In this document: one piece after another, positions 18,526 through 28,780 of the stretch
Layout of the letters: every line of letters starts with the position of its first letter
Position numbering within the stretch: position 1 is the first letter of the stretch
IMG/VR virus record: IMGVR_UViG_3300033144_006696
Span: 32,001 to 96,000 of that record
Origin: a virus
Reading direction: 5' to 3' (one strand)
DNA length: 64,000 bases
Made by a program: the position numbers and the translations under genes
Notes under the pieces: generated by a model
What the model was told of the DNA's origin: nothing
The model's input: the letters and a program-made list of their open reading frames with translations, nothing else
Database searches by the model: none

Positions 18526-21500
18526 ATGCCTTATTTTTCATTTAATCCATCATATGTGTCTGATATTTCTTTATGGCTTGATGCAGATGATGATAGTACT
18601 ATTACTATTGATACCGGGGTTTCTATATGGGAGGATAAATCAGGAAATGAAAATGATGCAACACAAAGTACTTCTTCATATCAACCTACTATAAATACAG
18701 GTTCTCTTAATGGAAAAAATACAGTTTTATTTTCTGGATTAAGTCAAAAAATAATATGGGATTCATTAGAACCTCATTCGTATTTATCTGTTTGTAAATG
18801 GACTGATGCTTTAGGATCATATAGACATTTTATTAATTTTTTTCATGGTCATATAGATGGGTCTTTAATTTTTTCTTCTGTATATTGCCCCGCTGGATAT
18901 GGGGGAAGTGCCTTTGTAAATGGAATAGCCGCTTTAGGGTCAGCTCTTCCCAGAAATACATCTTGGGAAATTTTAGATGTTATTCCTTTAGAAAGTGAAA
19001 CATATTCAATAGAGGGTACTGGTGCTCAAGATGGATTTCCAACAAGAGCTTTTTACGGTGAAATAGCAGAAATAATAATTTTTGATGTGGAACCGTCTAC
19101 AGAAAATAGACAAAAAATAGAAGGGTATCTTGCTCATAAATGGGCTCTTACTTCAGGACTTGCTATAGGTCACCCATATAAGACAGAAGAACCTACTATA
19201 TATATCCCTACGTTAAGTGAACCTTCGTTATTTGTAATGTATAATGCCCTTGATGAAATAAGATGTGCATTTATTTCAAAAAATTCATTGGGAACATTAA
19301 TAGAAAATAATAATATAGATAATTCATTAGGTGATGAAAAAATATTTTCAATTTTAGATTCATTATCTATTGATCAAATTTTTTCTATTATATTTGAATA
19401 TGGTACTGTAATTTATAATGCTTTTTCTATTTTTTCTTCTTTATGTTTAGATGAAAATAATAAAAAAATTGGATTTTCATTAGGGGAAGAAAAAATAGAA
19501 AAAATATTTTTTTCTTTATCTATTTTACAAGAAAATAATTTTATTATAAATGAAGTTATTTCTCTTCTTAGATATAATCTATTGAATTCTTCAATAGGTG
19601 AAAGTACTATAAATAAAATTATTTCATCTTTTGAACTTTTAACTTCTTTTCTTTCTTTTAAATTCATTTATGGAGTTGATTTTTTACTTGAAGTTTTTAA
19701 TAAAAGAAATTCATTAGGGGAAAATGTAGAATTTAAAAATCTTTTTGGAATAACTGATTCATATAATTTTTTGATTAAAAATCAATACGGTACTTATCTA
19801 GAAAATTTTCTTAGTGTTTTGAATGAAGTTAAAGGGGTTTATGAAGATAGAACTTCAGCATATACACAAGCTTTAAATAATATATTATTGATTAATGATC
19901 CATTATCTTCAAATCAATTAATAAAATCAACTTTTGAGTTATTAACTTCTAAACAAGATTTATTTAATATTATAACAAAAGGATTTGATGGTTATTTAAG
20001 TATTATTAATCAATTAAACCTTAATGATCCATTATCTTCAAATCAATTAATAAAATCAACTTTTGAGTTATTGATATCTAATGATTTAATAAAAAATATT
20101 ATTTCAGAAGGAATAAATAATAAACAATCCATAGTAAATACTCTTTCTACTTCTATTGAACGAAATCAGAAAATTATAAATGACATTTCTAATCTATCAG
20201 GTTTATTGAAAAATTTTTTGATAAAAGGTTCTATTTATGAATTACCGACAAAGTTTTATTCTTATGATGTAAAAGTTTATTTAGATGGAATAAATATTTC
20301 TTCAATGGTTTCTTCTGATATAACAATTGAAAAAGATCAAAGGAATATTCATAATTCAATTTCTTTTTCCTCTATTTCGGAAGTTTTATTTAATAAAGCA
20401 AATCCAAGTATTTTGGAAGGACAAATAAGGATTGAGGTTCAAATAGATTCTTCTGTTATGTATTTTCTTCTTGAAGAAAGAAGTTTTACTTCTGATGGAA
20501 CAGTAAGTTATTGGGGAAGAGATGCAACTGCAAGAGATAATTCTCCATGGTCTAACTCAATGAATGTTATTTTATATGAATGGCAATCAGCAAAAGATTT
20601 AGTTGAATCATTAGTTGATTATTCTGCAATTGATTGGGAAATATTTGATTGGCAGCTTCCTAATACATTTGAAGCTACAGGAACTCCAGTAGAAATCATA
20701 AGTATAATTGCTTCTGAAATTGGAGCTATTGTTAGAGCACAAGATGATGGGAGTTTGTGCATAAGATATCCATACCCAATTCGTCCAGTTGATATAAAAA
20801 CTTCACAATCAGTTTATTCTTATTCAAGTGATATTGTTTATGGGGAAAGTTTCTCTGAAGAGAATGGTGATTGGTATAATCAAGTAACTGTGACTGCTGA
20901 CACTAATGATAAAACAGCACCTCAGCTTGAATTAGAAGATGTTGTTGATGGAGAAAGAATTATAGGAACTACTTCATATGTAAGGGCCTTTTATTATGAA
21001 GATCCAGAAGAAGCCCCTTCAATTACTTCTCAAGATATTACTGATGGGTTCATAACTTTTATAAAAAAAGATGTAGAAGAAATAACAGAAATAATAACCT
21101 TTTCAAATGGTTCAGGGTCTTCTTCTTATCCATTGAAAACAAGAAAAAGTGTATCTTGGTTAGGAAGAGAAAATACAATCTTAACATGGAATGAGTATTC
21201 AACTGATATTACTTTAGAGACAGAAGATTATTGCCTTGCAGAAATAACATATGACTCTGAATATCATCGTTATAAAGCGTCGGGACATAACGTAGAGGAG
21301 CTTTTGACAATCTTTGAGATAGAGAGTACATACTATTCATCTATACTCGTTAAAACAGATTCTATTGCTTCTATAGGGGATAAAGAAGGAGATGAAATAA
21401 CAACCTCTTATTTAACAGAAGAATTTGCTTTAGTAAAAAGAGGGGAAAATTGGATTGATGATAATAAATATAATATCAAAATAATCTCATTTAATTCTTC

Positions 21501-21648
21501 ATATATTTCAACTGTAAAAGATGGGGATGTTATTTGGCTTGATATAGGTAAAATCCCTTCTGGAAATTATCAAGTTATTTCAAATGGAATTATAATAAAT
21601 GGACCGAAAGTTATTAATAATATGACGGTGAAACAATGGGAAGTATAA
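18526..21648 (+). CDS. Tail protein with N-terminal LamG/ConA-like domain
   Basis: SLWLDADD..VSIWEDKSGN..ATQ..GEIAEIIIFD..IEGYLAHKW LamG-type signature; low-complexity Asn/Ile/Ser middle; tail-hub-like C-terminal half. Confidence 0.65.
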   Translation: MPYFSFNPSYVSDISLWLDADDDSTITIDTGVSIWEDKSGNENDATQSTSSYQPTINTGSLNGKNTVLFSGLSQKIIWDSLEPHSYLSVCKWTDALGSYRHFINFFHGHIDGSLIFSSVYCPAGYGGSAFVNGIAALGSALPRNTSWEILDVIPLESETYSIEGTGAQDGFPTRAFYGEIAEIIIFDVEPSTENRQKIEGYLAHKWALTSGLAIGHPYKTEEPTIYIPTLSEPSLFVMYNALDEIRCAFISKNSLGTLIENNNIDNSLGDEKIFSILDSLSIDQIFSIIFEYGTVIYNAFSIFSSLCLDENNKKIGFSLGEEKIEKIFFSLSILQENNFIINEVISLLRYNLLNSSIGESTINKIISSFELLTSFLSFKFIYGVDFLLEVFNKRNSLGENVEFKNLFGITDSYNFLIKNQYGTYLENFLSVLNEVKGVYEDRTSAYTQALNNILLINDPLSSNQLIKSTFELLTSKQDLFNIITKGFDGYLSIINQLNLNDPLSSNQLIKSTFELLISNDLIKNIISEGINNKQSIVNTLSTSIERNQKIINDISNLSGLLKNFLIKGSIYELPTKFYSYDVKVYLDGINISSMVSSDITIEKDQRNIHNSISFSSISEVLFNKANPSILEGQIRIEVQIDSSVMYFLLEERSFTSDGTVSYWGRDATARDNSPWSNSMNVILYEWQSAKDLVESLVDYSAIDWEIFDWQLPNTFEATGTPVEIISIIASEIGAIVRAQDDGSLCIRYPYPIRPVDIKTSQSVYSYSSDIVYGESFSEENGDWYNQVTVTADTNDKTAPQLELEDVVDGERIIGTTSYVRAFYYEDPEEAPSITSQDITDGFITFIKKDVEEITEIITFSNGSGSSSYPLKTRKSVSWLGRENTILTWNEYSTDITLETEDYCLAEITYDSEYHRYKASGHNVEELLTIFEIESTYYSSILVKTDSIASIGDKEGDEITTSYLTEEFALVKRGENWIDDNKYNIKIISFNSSYISTVKDGDVIWLDIGKIPSGNYQVISNGIIINGPKVINNMTVKQWEV

Positions 21649-21893
21649 ATGATTTATTTACACAAAAACAAGAAGTCACTCTTGCGAGAGTAACTGGATT
21701 TGGTTCTTCTGGAGAATTTAAAGTCTCTATTAGTGGTATTATACGAAGAGTAAATTCTGCTGCAAATGAAATTATAAAAATAGGAGATACTGTTCTTTTG
21801 AATAAAACTCCTCATGGAAAATATTATATTGTAGGAAAAACAACTGGATTAGGAAATTCAAAAAACATAAAGGAGATTACAAGAAATGGCTGA
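21636..21893 (+). CDS. Small tail/baseplate protein
   Basis: Coupled ORF in the tail operon; OB-fold-like pattern. Confidence 0.5.
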   Translation: MGSINDLFTQKQEVTLARVTGFGSSGEFKVSISGIIRRVNSAANEIIKIGDTVLLNKTPHGKYYIVGKTTGLGNSKNIKEITRNG

Positions 21894-22446
21894 TACCTCT
21901 TTAACTATAAGTTTTTCAACACAAGTAGATGGGACGGATGATGACGGAAACGATCTTTTTATTGATATTGAATTAGATGATGAATTAAATGGTGATATTT
22001 CCACTTTTGAATTTGGAGCTACTGTTTATTTAAGGGTATTTACAAATTGTTCTATCATTGATTTTTATCCAAGTGAAGGGACTGTATTACCAACATCTAC
22101 TTCCCTTCCCCCTACAGATGGACCAGCAGAAATTTCAGAAATTATTACGTTTACACAACCTCCTGAATCTGCTGGTGGAGTAGTGGCAGATAATACAGCA
22201 TCATTATCTTATCCTGCTTCTTCTGGTTTTTCTGCTGTTAAATTAGGAAGTGGAGCAGGATGTGGTTCTATTTCACTTAGTTCTACTGACTCAAGCACGG
22301 CAGTTGCAAGTCAAGCTGGTCCTGGTGTTTATACAGCAACATATAATGCAGTATATGCAAGTAAAAATATTATAGGTCCTGCTGCTCCTATTGGATGGGA
22401 TAATGAAGAAACTTACCCTGTTGTAGTTGTTGTTGTGGGATCATAA
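21886..22446 (+). CDS. Tail structural protein
   Basis: Coupled acidic Ser/Thr-rich ORF. Confidence 0.5.
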   Translation: MADTSLTISFSTQVDGTDDDGNDLFIDIELDDELNGDISTFEFGATVYLRVFTNCSIIDFYPSEGTVLPTSTSLPPTDGPAEISEIITFTQPPESAGGVVADNTASLSYPASSGFSAVKLGSGAGCGSISLSSTDSSTAVASQAGPGVYTATYNAVYASKNIIGPAAPIGWDNEETYPVVVVVVGS

Positions 22447-22456
22447 GGAGATATTT

Positions 22457-23254
22457 ATGGCTTTTGACTCTTCAATTATTAATTTTTCAAATGAACTTTC
22501 TTCTGGCTCTCTTTCTACTGAATTAGAACTTGACAGTGATTACCATATTTCTTTGTATGGATCTGAAAAATCATCTTTTACAAAAAATGAATTAGTCTAT
22601 TTAAAAATTAAACCAATTTATACTTTAGAACCATATACTATTCAAACATCAGAAGGAACTTGTGTAAAAAATAGTCAAGGAAATATAAAAGAATTTATTG
22701 AATTTTTATCTTTTCTAAATACAACTTATGAATATTTATCACAAGAACCAATTGGGAATGTTTCTACTGAATGGACTGTTGGTAATGGTGGTTCTGTTTT
22801 AAAAGATGGAAAAATTATGTCTATCAATTCTCCAACATTGGGAATTTTAAAATGTACTTATAATGTATATTTTGATAGATTAAAATTAACAACTCCTTCT
22901 AATTTTACTGGTACTGAAATACTTGTAATAGCTGGTTCTGAATTATACGGTTATTCTAATTTATCTATCACTTATTATGATGAAGATTCAGGAGAAGGAA
23001 CTGGAGTAATTACTGATATATCTTTAATGGTTAAAGATATTATGACAGATAATGTTATTTCTGGAGCTACTGTTATTATTTCAAAAAGTGGTATAATTCT
23101 TTATACAGGAACTTCAGATTCATCAGGACAAGTGGCTGTTATTGGTATTTGTGTAACAGGAGAAACTTATGATGTAAAAACTACCGCACCTTTATATTTT
23201 GGTTCTGATGAAGATTATCTTAATAATGATTCTTTTACAGTTCCAGCGGGGTAA
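22457..23254 (+). CDS. Tail structural protein with C-terminal Ig/carboxypeptidase-regulatory-like domain
   Basis: SD AAGGAG before ATG 22457; ISGATVII..GTSDSSGQV pattern. Confidence 0.5.
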   Translation: MAFDSSIINFSNELSSGSLSTELELDSDYHISLYGSEKSSFTKNELVYLKIKPIYTLEPYTIQTSEGTCVKNSQGNIKEFIEFLSFLNTTYEYLSQEPIGNVSTEWTVGNGGSVLKDGKIMSINSPTLGILKCTYNVYFDRLKLTTPSNFTGTEILVIAGSELYGYSNLSITYYDEDSGEGTGVITDISLMVKDIMTDNVISGATVIISKSGIILYTGTSDSSGQVAVIGICVTGETYDVKTTAPLYFGSDEDYLNNDSFTVPAG

Positions 23255-23257
23255 ATT

Positions 23258-25627
23258 ATGGCTTCTTTTACAATTTATTTAAGTTCAATAGAACCATCAG
23301 TGATAGAAATTGGAGAATTAACAAACAATACTATTTCTAATTCAGAAGAACCATATACAATAAAATTACTTCCTTCATCTTCTCTAAATTCTAAAATACA
23401 AATAAATATAAATCTTAGAAAAATTGTGGATGATTATATCTTTGCTGTTTTTGATCCTGGAGATCCTTATATAAGTTGGGAAAGATCTTCTCATCAAGTT
23501 ATTATTGGTTATGATAATGATGGGAATCCTGAATACCGTAGTTCTCCAGATTCAAGTATATCAATTTCTTTTAAACAACCAGGAAATGATAAAGTAGCAT
23601 TTCCTTATTGGACTGATACTTATGTTGCGGCAAAAAATCCTGATAATATATCAGAACATTATCCTTTTATTCTTAGAAATTCGTGGACTGAAGAAATTAC
23701 TTTAGGAGAGATTCCAGAAAGTAAAGATAATATTTGGAATAAATCATATGAAATTGAAAAAGAACATACTGAAGATCAACCAATAGTAAGACCAGGAGAA
23801 TATATAACTGTTAGATGGTATATGAAAGTAAATGGAACATATTTTAATACTCCTTCTATTGTTATTTCTTATGAAACTCCTTTGTTTACTGGTGGATGGA
23901 TTACTGGAAAAACAGGAGAAGGTGTTGATGTAAAATATACTGTTGAAATTTTTGGTAAAACTGTTACAGATATAGTACCTACTGATTTTTATGATTATTC
24001 TGTTGGTAAATGGGTTTATTTAATGAAAAACGTAAATTTAATTTTAGATCCAGAATTAGACAATAAACAAATGTTTGGTTCTTCTAATATTTCTGATCCA
24101 AATTCTGATTACAGAATAGTCCCTTTTAATTTTAAAGGCCCAATGAATGTTGACTGTGCTGTCCCTTTTGAAGATTCAATTGATTTAGATTCTGCTACCA
24201 ATTTTGAAGAAGTTTTTGATATGATTAAATATGAAGCAACCATAATTTCTATAGATACAAGTAATGATACAGCGGAAGTTGATATTCCTAACGGTAGTCT
24301 ACATACATTACCTATATTTTATTATTGTGATGGAACTGAACCTGTTATTGAAGGCGGCTCCTCTGCATTTTCTGTTGGTGATCAAGTAATTGTAGAATCC
24401 CCAAATATTAATGACTTAGATGATGCAAGAATAATTGGATTTGCTGAAGGTTTAAAAGAATGTGAAGTAGTTTACTATATAAAAATAGTAAGAGAATACG
24501 ATCAACAATTAATGAGCGAGGAAATGCCAAATTATTGTTGTCCTGTTTTAATGTGGAAAAATCCAGAAGATCCTTGGTGGTGGTGGGAAAATGTAGAAAT
24601 TAAATCTAATGAATTTATTTCAGACACAGAAAATTCTTTATATGGGTATTACAAAATTGTTGTTTCTGAAATAGACCCTAATTATGAAAATATAATGTCT
24701 GATGGCTGTTTTATTTATATGGATGGAGAAGTCAGTATAGAATGTTTTTATGATGAAACACAAGTTAAAAAATATGAGTATTTATCTGATGAAATAAATA
24801 ATAATGTCATTCCTACTAAACCTGGAAAATATGATGCTAAAATACCTTATTATTTAATAGAATCAGAATATGGGCCTGAATTAGAATGGGTAAATGTGTG
24901 CACATCAGATTGCGATACAAGTGAAATACAAGGATCTATTATAATTAATGATGATCCCTTTATAGCTAACCCAATTAATTATAAAATATCATTTGATGGT
25001 TTAAATGTTAAATATTGGAAAATTAATTCTTATAGTGGTTTAACTTATAATTACTCTTCTTTTACTAAACAAAATTATGGATATAAGAAAACTACTGTGA
25101 CGTCTACAATCCCTTATTTACTTCGCACACAATTAGGATTATCTGGAGCTGTTTCAGATTACTATGGATTAGTTGATTCATTAGCATATGTGGGAAACAG
25201 TTCTTGTGATACGGAAATTCCAGGTATTACATGGGATAAGCAGTTAGTAAGATTTCTTTATCCTGCATTACAAGCTTTTTATGATCCAGAAGGTTTTAAT
25301 GAAAGCCATACTTATGAATATGGATATGAAATAGTTAATGGATCATACGATATAACTAATTCAGATGTTCATGATTATGAGACAACAGAACCATCTGTAT
25401 TTGATGATGGATCGGGAACCCCAAGAGAGCATCTTTTTGAAATAACTATTAATTCTACTTATGATTCTTGGGAAAAACAAGATGTTTATGTTTATTCGGC
25501 ACAATTAGGTGGTCCTTTTTCTCCCTATGAATTTGTTTATTGCACTAACGTGACAAACATTAAACCATTTATATGCAGGTCGTCTGAACCTAAAAATGCT
25601 GGTTATATCAATATTGATTATGAATAA
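23258..25627 (+). CDS. Large acidic tail-associated protein
   Basis: 789-aa ORF in the tail operon. Confidence 0.5.
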   Translation: MASFTIYLSSIEPSVIEIGELTNNTISNSEEPYTIKLLPSSSLNSKIQININLRKIVDDYIFAVFDPGDPYISWERSSHQVIIGYDNDGNPEYRSSPDSSISISFKQPGNDKVAFPYWTDTYVAAKNPDNISEHYPFILRNSWTEEITLGEIPESKDNIWNKSYEIEKEHTEDQPIVRPGEYITVRWYMKVNGTYFNTPSIVISYETPLFTGGWITGKTGEGVDVKYTVEIFGKTVTDIVPTDFYDYSVGKWVYLMKNVNLILDPELDNKQMFGSSNISDPNSDYRIVPFNFKGPMNVDCAVPFEDSIDLDSATNFEEVFDMIKYEATIISIDTSNDTAEVDIPNGSLHTLPIFYYCDGTEPVIEGGSSAFSVGDQVIVESPNINDLDDARIIGFAEGLKECEVVYYIKIVREYDQQLMSEEMPNYCCPVLMWKNPEDPWWWWENVEIKSNEFISDTENSLYGYYKIVVSEIDPNYENIMSDGCFIYMDGEVSIECFYDETQVKKYEYLSDEINNNVIPTKPGKYDAKIPYYLIESEYGPELEWVNVCTSDCDTSEIQGSIIINDDPFIANPINYKISFDGLNVKYWKINSYSGLTYNYSSFTKQNYGYKKTTVTSTIPYLLRTQLGLSGAVSDYYGLVDSLAYVGNSSCDTEIPGITWDKQLVRFLYPALQAFYDPEGFNESHTYEYGYEIVNGSYDITNSDVHDYETTEPSVFDDGSGTPREHLFEITINSTYDSWEKQDVYVYSAQLGGPFSPYEFVYCTNVTNIKPFICRSSEPKNAGYINIDYE

Positions 25628-25755
25628 TTAAGTATCTTTATATTCAAATAACCACTTAAAGGGGGTGATAATTATCAAATAATGATTTTAATTTCTTAAT
25701 TTTATTTAGGAGAGTTTTCAAATGAAAACTGACGATGAATCATGAGGAGAATGAA

Positions 25756-26110
25756 ATGAATCCGATTACAACCGAAGATTACACAGCAAATGCTATGTAC
25801 GACAATATTGGATGGGGAAGTTATTTATGATTCTTTATAAGCTCTCCAGGAAATTATGAACCAACTCCTAACACAATAATCTCTTTGTGTAAAAAATGAA
25901 CAGGAACTTTTAAATAAAATTGACACTTTAATTAATACTGAGAAGAAAGAGTCTAACTATTTTTCTTTCTTGAAAGAACTTAAATATTCTACTATAAAAG
26001 AAGGTAAGGAAATCGCCGCTATTTCTGATGGAATACAGAAAGCAGCTAATTCTCCTTATGAAATGATGGTTATGAATAAGTGGTTAATAATGGAATATGG
26101 AGGAAAATAA
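25756..26110 (+). pseudogene. Degenerate ORF (one frameshift, two in-frame TAA)
   Basis: SD GAGGAG; MNPITTEDYTANAMYDNIG / EVIYDSL*ALQEIMNQLLTQ*SLCVKNEQELL...EYGGK*; length 355 nt = 3n+1. Confidence 0.45.
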
Positions 26111-26341
26111 ATGGAATATAATGTTCCTATAGACCCTAAAGGAAAAGTTGCTGCTTCTGGAACTTCCGGTTTTTCTGAAACTTTTACTGCTGATGGAGAT
26201 TGGCAAGCAATTACTTTAACAAATGAATATAAAAGACTTTTAATTCAATGTGATGCTGGGGATGATGTTTATATCCACATTGATAATCCGGTTGAGTTTC
26301 ATTACTGTTTTAATTCTGATGGAACGAACATATTATTCTGA
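26111..26341 (+). CDS. Hypothetical virion-type protein
   Basis: SD GGAGG; beta-rich 76 aa. Confidence 0.45.
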   Translation: MEYNVPIDPKGKVAASGTSGFSETFTADGDWQAITLTNEYKRLLIQCDAGDDVYIHIDNPVEFHYCFNSDGTNILF

Positions 26342-26375
26342 ATTAGAATTATCTATTAAAATAAGGAATTACAGA

Positions 26376-26813
26376 ATGAAGATTTCAAGAAGTCAAGAAA
26401 TGCTCCATCCAATTTTAACAGAGTGTGTTAAAAAAATTCAAAAAGAGATCATTGATACTCATAATATCCCAATGCGCCTATTTGAAACAGGTAGAGACTT
26501 TGAACGTCATAAAATGTTAATCAGCAAAGGTAGAACAAAAGATTATATCTCAGGACATCTTTATAACCTTGAAAATGATCCTCCTTTATATGCAAAAGCA
26601 GTTGATTATGTTTTTTATGATGGTAGATGGTCTTGGAATTTCAGGGATTCTACTATAATATCTTGGTATAATATTTTTGGAAATCTTGTTTTAGATGTTT
26701 GTCCAGAATTGGAATGGTATGCTAATAATAGGAAATCAGTGAATTATTCACATTTTGTATTAAGAGAAAAAATAATAATTCAAAATTTAAATACCATTTC
26801 TTGTGTCATTTAA
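26376..26813 (+). CDS. M15-family (L-Ala-D-Glu endopeptidase-like) peptidoglycan hydrolase
   Basis: SRSQEMLHPIL..FETGRDFERH..SGHL..AVDY..SHF matches the M15C His/Asp/His zinc ligand layout; likely start ATG 26376. Confidence 0.65.
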   Translation: MKISRSQEMLHPILTECVKKIQKEIIDTHNIPMRLFETGRDFERHKMLISKGRTKDYISGHLYNLENDPPLYAKAVDYVFYDGRWSWNFRDSTIISWYNIFGNLVLDVCPELEWYANNRKSVNYSHFVLREKIIIQNLNTISCVI

Positions 26814-26895
26814 AAATAAAATATTTAAAATATTGCCTAACAGAAAATTTTGTGATAAGCTTTGATTCAAAGCTTATTAAATAAAGGAGTTTGTT

Positions 26896-27243
26896 ATGGG
26901 TGAATTAATTAAAAATAGATTGCATGATTTATATGGTGATGGAAATACTGGAGGATATACTTATACTGTTGATATTGCTAATGGTGAATCAGATACTGTT
27001 AAATTATTTTCAGCAGGAAGAGGGATGTCTATTGGAGTTGCTATTTTAGTATGTGGAGTAAATACAGGAAGGATTGATTTTACAATTGATTCTCATGAAA
27101 TGATTGATGATGGAACTGCTGTATGGGTTGTATGGGATAAAGGTGTAGTCACAGGAACTCAAATAGATACATTCAGAATCAAAATGACTGCATTGAAAGG
27201 CGTAAGTGTTTCTGGTGCAATAACTTTTAAATTGTTCTTGTAG
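26896..27243 (+). CDS. Hypothetical structural protein
   Basis: SD AAGGAG; beta-rich 115 aa. Confidence 0.5.
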   Translation: MGELIKNRLHDLYGDGNTGGYTYTVDIANGESDTVKLFSAGRGMSIGVAILVCGVNTGRIDFTIDSHEMIDDGTAVWVVWDKGVVTGTQIDTFRIKMTALKGVSVSGAITFKLFL

Positions 27244-27251
27244 GAGTAAAA

Positions 27252-27623
27252 ATGTCTAATTCAGGTTTATGGTTAAGTTCAACAGGAGTAGCATTAACTT
27301 CTAAAACAACGCCAGAATCTCTGATTTTTGGAACAGGTGATACTATTAAAAGTTTTACTATCACTGGAAATTATAAAGTTACCAGAATAATTTTGGTGAT
27401 GCCAACTTTTTCTGGTGCTGTTGTGACTGGTGTTCTTTCTATTGAAAATGCAGATGGAATTGAGATTTATGCTTCTTCTGCTGCTTCAGAAACAAATACA
27501 CATGTATATTCTCCTGATCCTGGAGTTCCTTTAGTTGGAATAAATACATTCAAATTAACACTTAGTACTAATCCATTAAGTTCAGGAACTCCTACGGTTT
27601 CATTGTATTTAGAGGAGGGTTAA
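27252..27623 (+). CDS. Hypothetical structural protein
   Basis: SD AGGAG; beta-rich 123 aa. Confidence 0.5.
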   Translation: MSNSGLWLSSTGVALTSKTTPESLIFGTGDTIKSFTITGNYKVTRIILVMPTFSGAVVTGVLSIENADGIEIYASSAASETNTHVYSPDPGVPLVGINTFKLTLSTNPLSSGTPTVSLYLEEG

Positions 27624-27624
27624 T

Positions 27625-28233
27625 ATGGGTTCAGTTCATCATGGAAATTCTATAGAAGAAACAAAGGTTATTTCTAAAGGTGTTTTCAAGAATGTGACCA
27701 TCATAGAAGTTGAAAAAGAGATTGTATTTCCTGTGATGATCCCAGTAGAAATTGAAAAACCTACCTTCGTTGAAAAAGAATATGAAAAACCAATTCAAGT
27801 AGAAAAGGAATACGAAAAACCTGTAATTGTTAAAAAGGAATACGAAAAACCTGTCATTATTGAAAAAGAATATAATCTTCCTGTAATGATGGAAAAAGAA
27901 TATATGATTCCTGTTATTATTGAAAAAGAGTATGAACTTCCAATACTGATGGAAAAAGAATACGAAAAACCAATACTGATTGAAAAGGAATATGAACTTC
28001 CTGTTGTAGCTGCTAAAGAATTCAAAGAGATCATTGAAGCATCCAAAGCGATGATTTGGGAATTAAATACAATAATTATTGGATTGAAAGAAACCATTAA
28101 TCAAATAAATTCAACAATACCAAATCAGATCAAAATTCCTGAAATTGTGCATGAAAAAGTTTTAGTAAAGGATGTTAAAATCATAGAAGAAACAATTACA
28201 GTTATTGGCAAAGTTATAACCAGAGGTAAATAA
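27625..28233 (+). CDS. Protein with tandem (V/I/M)EKEYxxP(V/I)x decamer repeats
   Basis: Eight 10-aa repeats followed by a coiled-coil segment. Confidence 0.65.
   Translation: MGSVHHGNSIEETKVISKGVFKNVTIIEVEKEIVFPVMIPVEIEKPTFVEKEYEKPIQVEKEYEKPVIVKKEYEKPVIIEKEYNLPVMMEKEYMIPVIIEKEYELPILMEKEYEKPILIEKEYELPVVAAKEFKEIIEASKAMIWELNTIIIGLKETINQINSTIPNQIKIPEIVHEKVLVKDVKIIEETITVIGKVITRGK
27769..28008 (+). repeat. Eight tandem 30-nt coding repeats
   Basis: Unit approx. (g/a)ttgaaaa(a/g)gaata(t/c)gaa(aaa/ctt)cc.. repeated 8 times in frame. Confidence 0.8.
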
Positions 28234-28234
28234 A

Positions 28235-28546
28235 ATGGCAAGTTCACAGTATCATGAATTAAATCATCCAAGAAAAATATCTTCTGTTGAAGATGGTGAA
28301 ATTGCTATTTATGGTACAAGTGATGGTGGGACAACTTGGCATCCAATTTCAGTAGATTCTTCTGGGAATCTTAATATTGTAAATGGTTTAGTTCCTTCAG
28401 GATATGATTATATTGCACTATCATATACGGGAGATAATCTCACAGGAGTAGAATATAAAGAAGGAGGAATCTCGGGTACTGTGGTTGCTTCATTGACACT
28501 TGTGTATGATTCCAATGACAATATAACATCCATTACTAAAATTTAG
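28235..28546 (+). CDS. Hypothetical virion protein
   Basis: Coupled ORF; YDYIALSYTGDNLTGVEYK..VASLTLVYD pattern. Confidence 0.5.
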   Translation: MASSQYHELNHPRKISSVEDGEIAIYGTSDGGTTWHPISVDSSGNLNIVNGLVPSGYDYIALSYTGDNLTGVEYKEGGISGTVVASLTLVYDSNDNITSITKI

Positions 28547-28555
28547 GTGTAAAAT

Positions 28556-28780
28556 ATGGCTTATGTATTCAATGTTCTTACAGGAAATCTTGATTATTAT
28601 GAACCAGCTTCTTCATCTCCCCCTGTATCAGTGGATGCTTATTTTCCTAAGTATGTTTTAACAAACGAAGAATTAACAATTCAAGCATTTGGGCAATATG
28701 TTCTACACGGAAAAGTTGCATTAACTTTAAATGGAACTGCTGAAATAATCTTAGAAGAAGGTGCGGAGGTAATACTTTGA
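28556..28780 (+). CDS. Small tail-fibre-associated protein
   Basis: MAYVFNVLTGNLDY start; coupled ORF. Confidence 0.45.
   Translation: MAYVFNVLTGNLDYYEPASSSPPVSVDAYFPKYVLTNEELTIQAFGQYVLHGKVALTLNGTAEIILEEGAEVIL

Noticed and set aside
18182-26110. Stop-codon reassignment suggested by in-frame TAA in two ORFs
   Set aside because: TAA terminates most intact genes here, and TGA and TAG also end genes, so code 11 with local decay is the simpler reading
26250-26375. ORF-track N-terminal extensions (26250, 7574, 39290, 40095, 54256, 57860)
   Set aside because: They run through overlapping genes or RNA leaders; downstream ATGs have better SDs and match paralogue starts
27769-28008. 30-nt periodic repeats as a CRISPR array
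   Set aside because: They are contiguous, degenerate at third positions, in-frame coding repeats with no spacers and no cas genes
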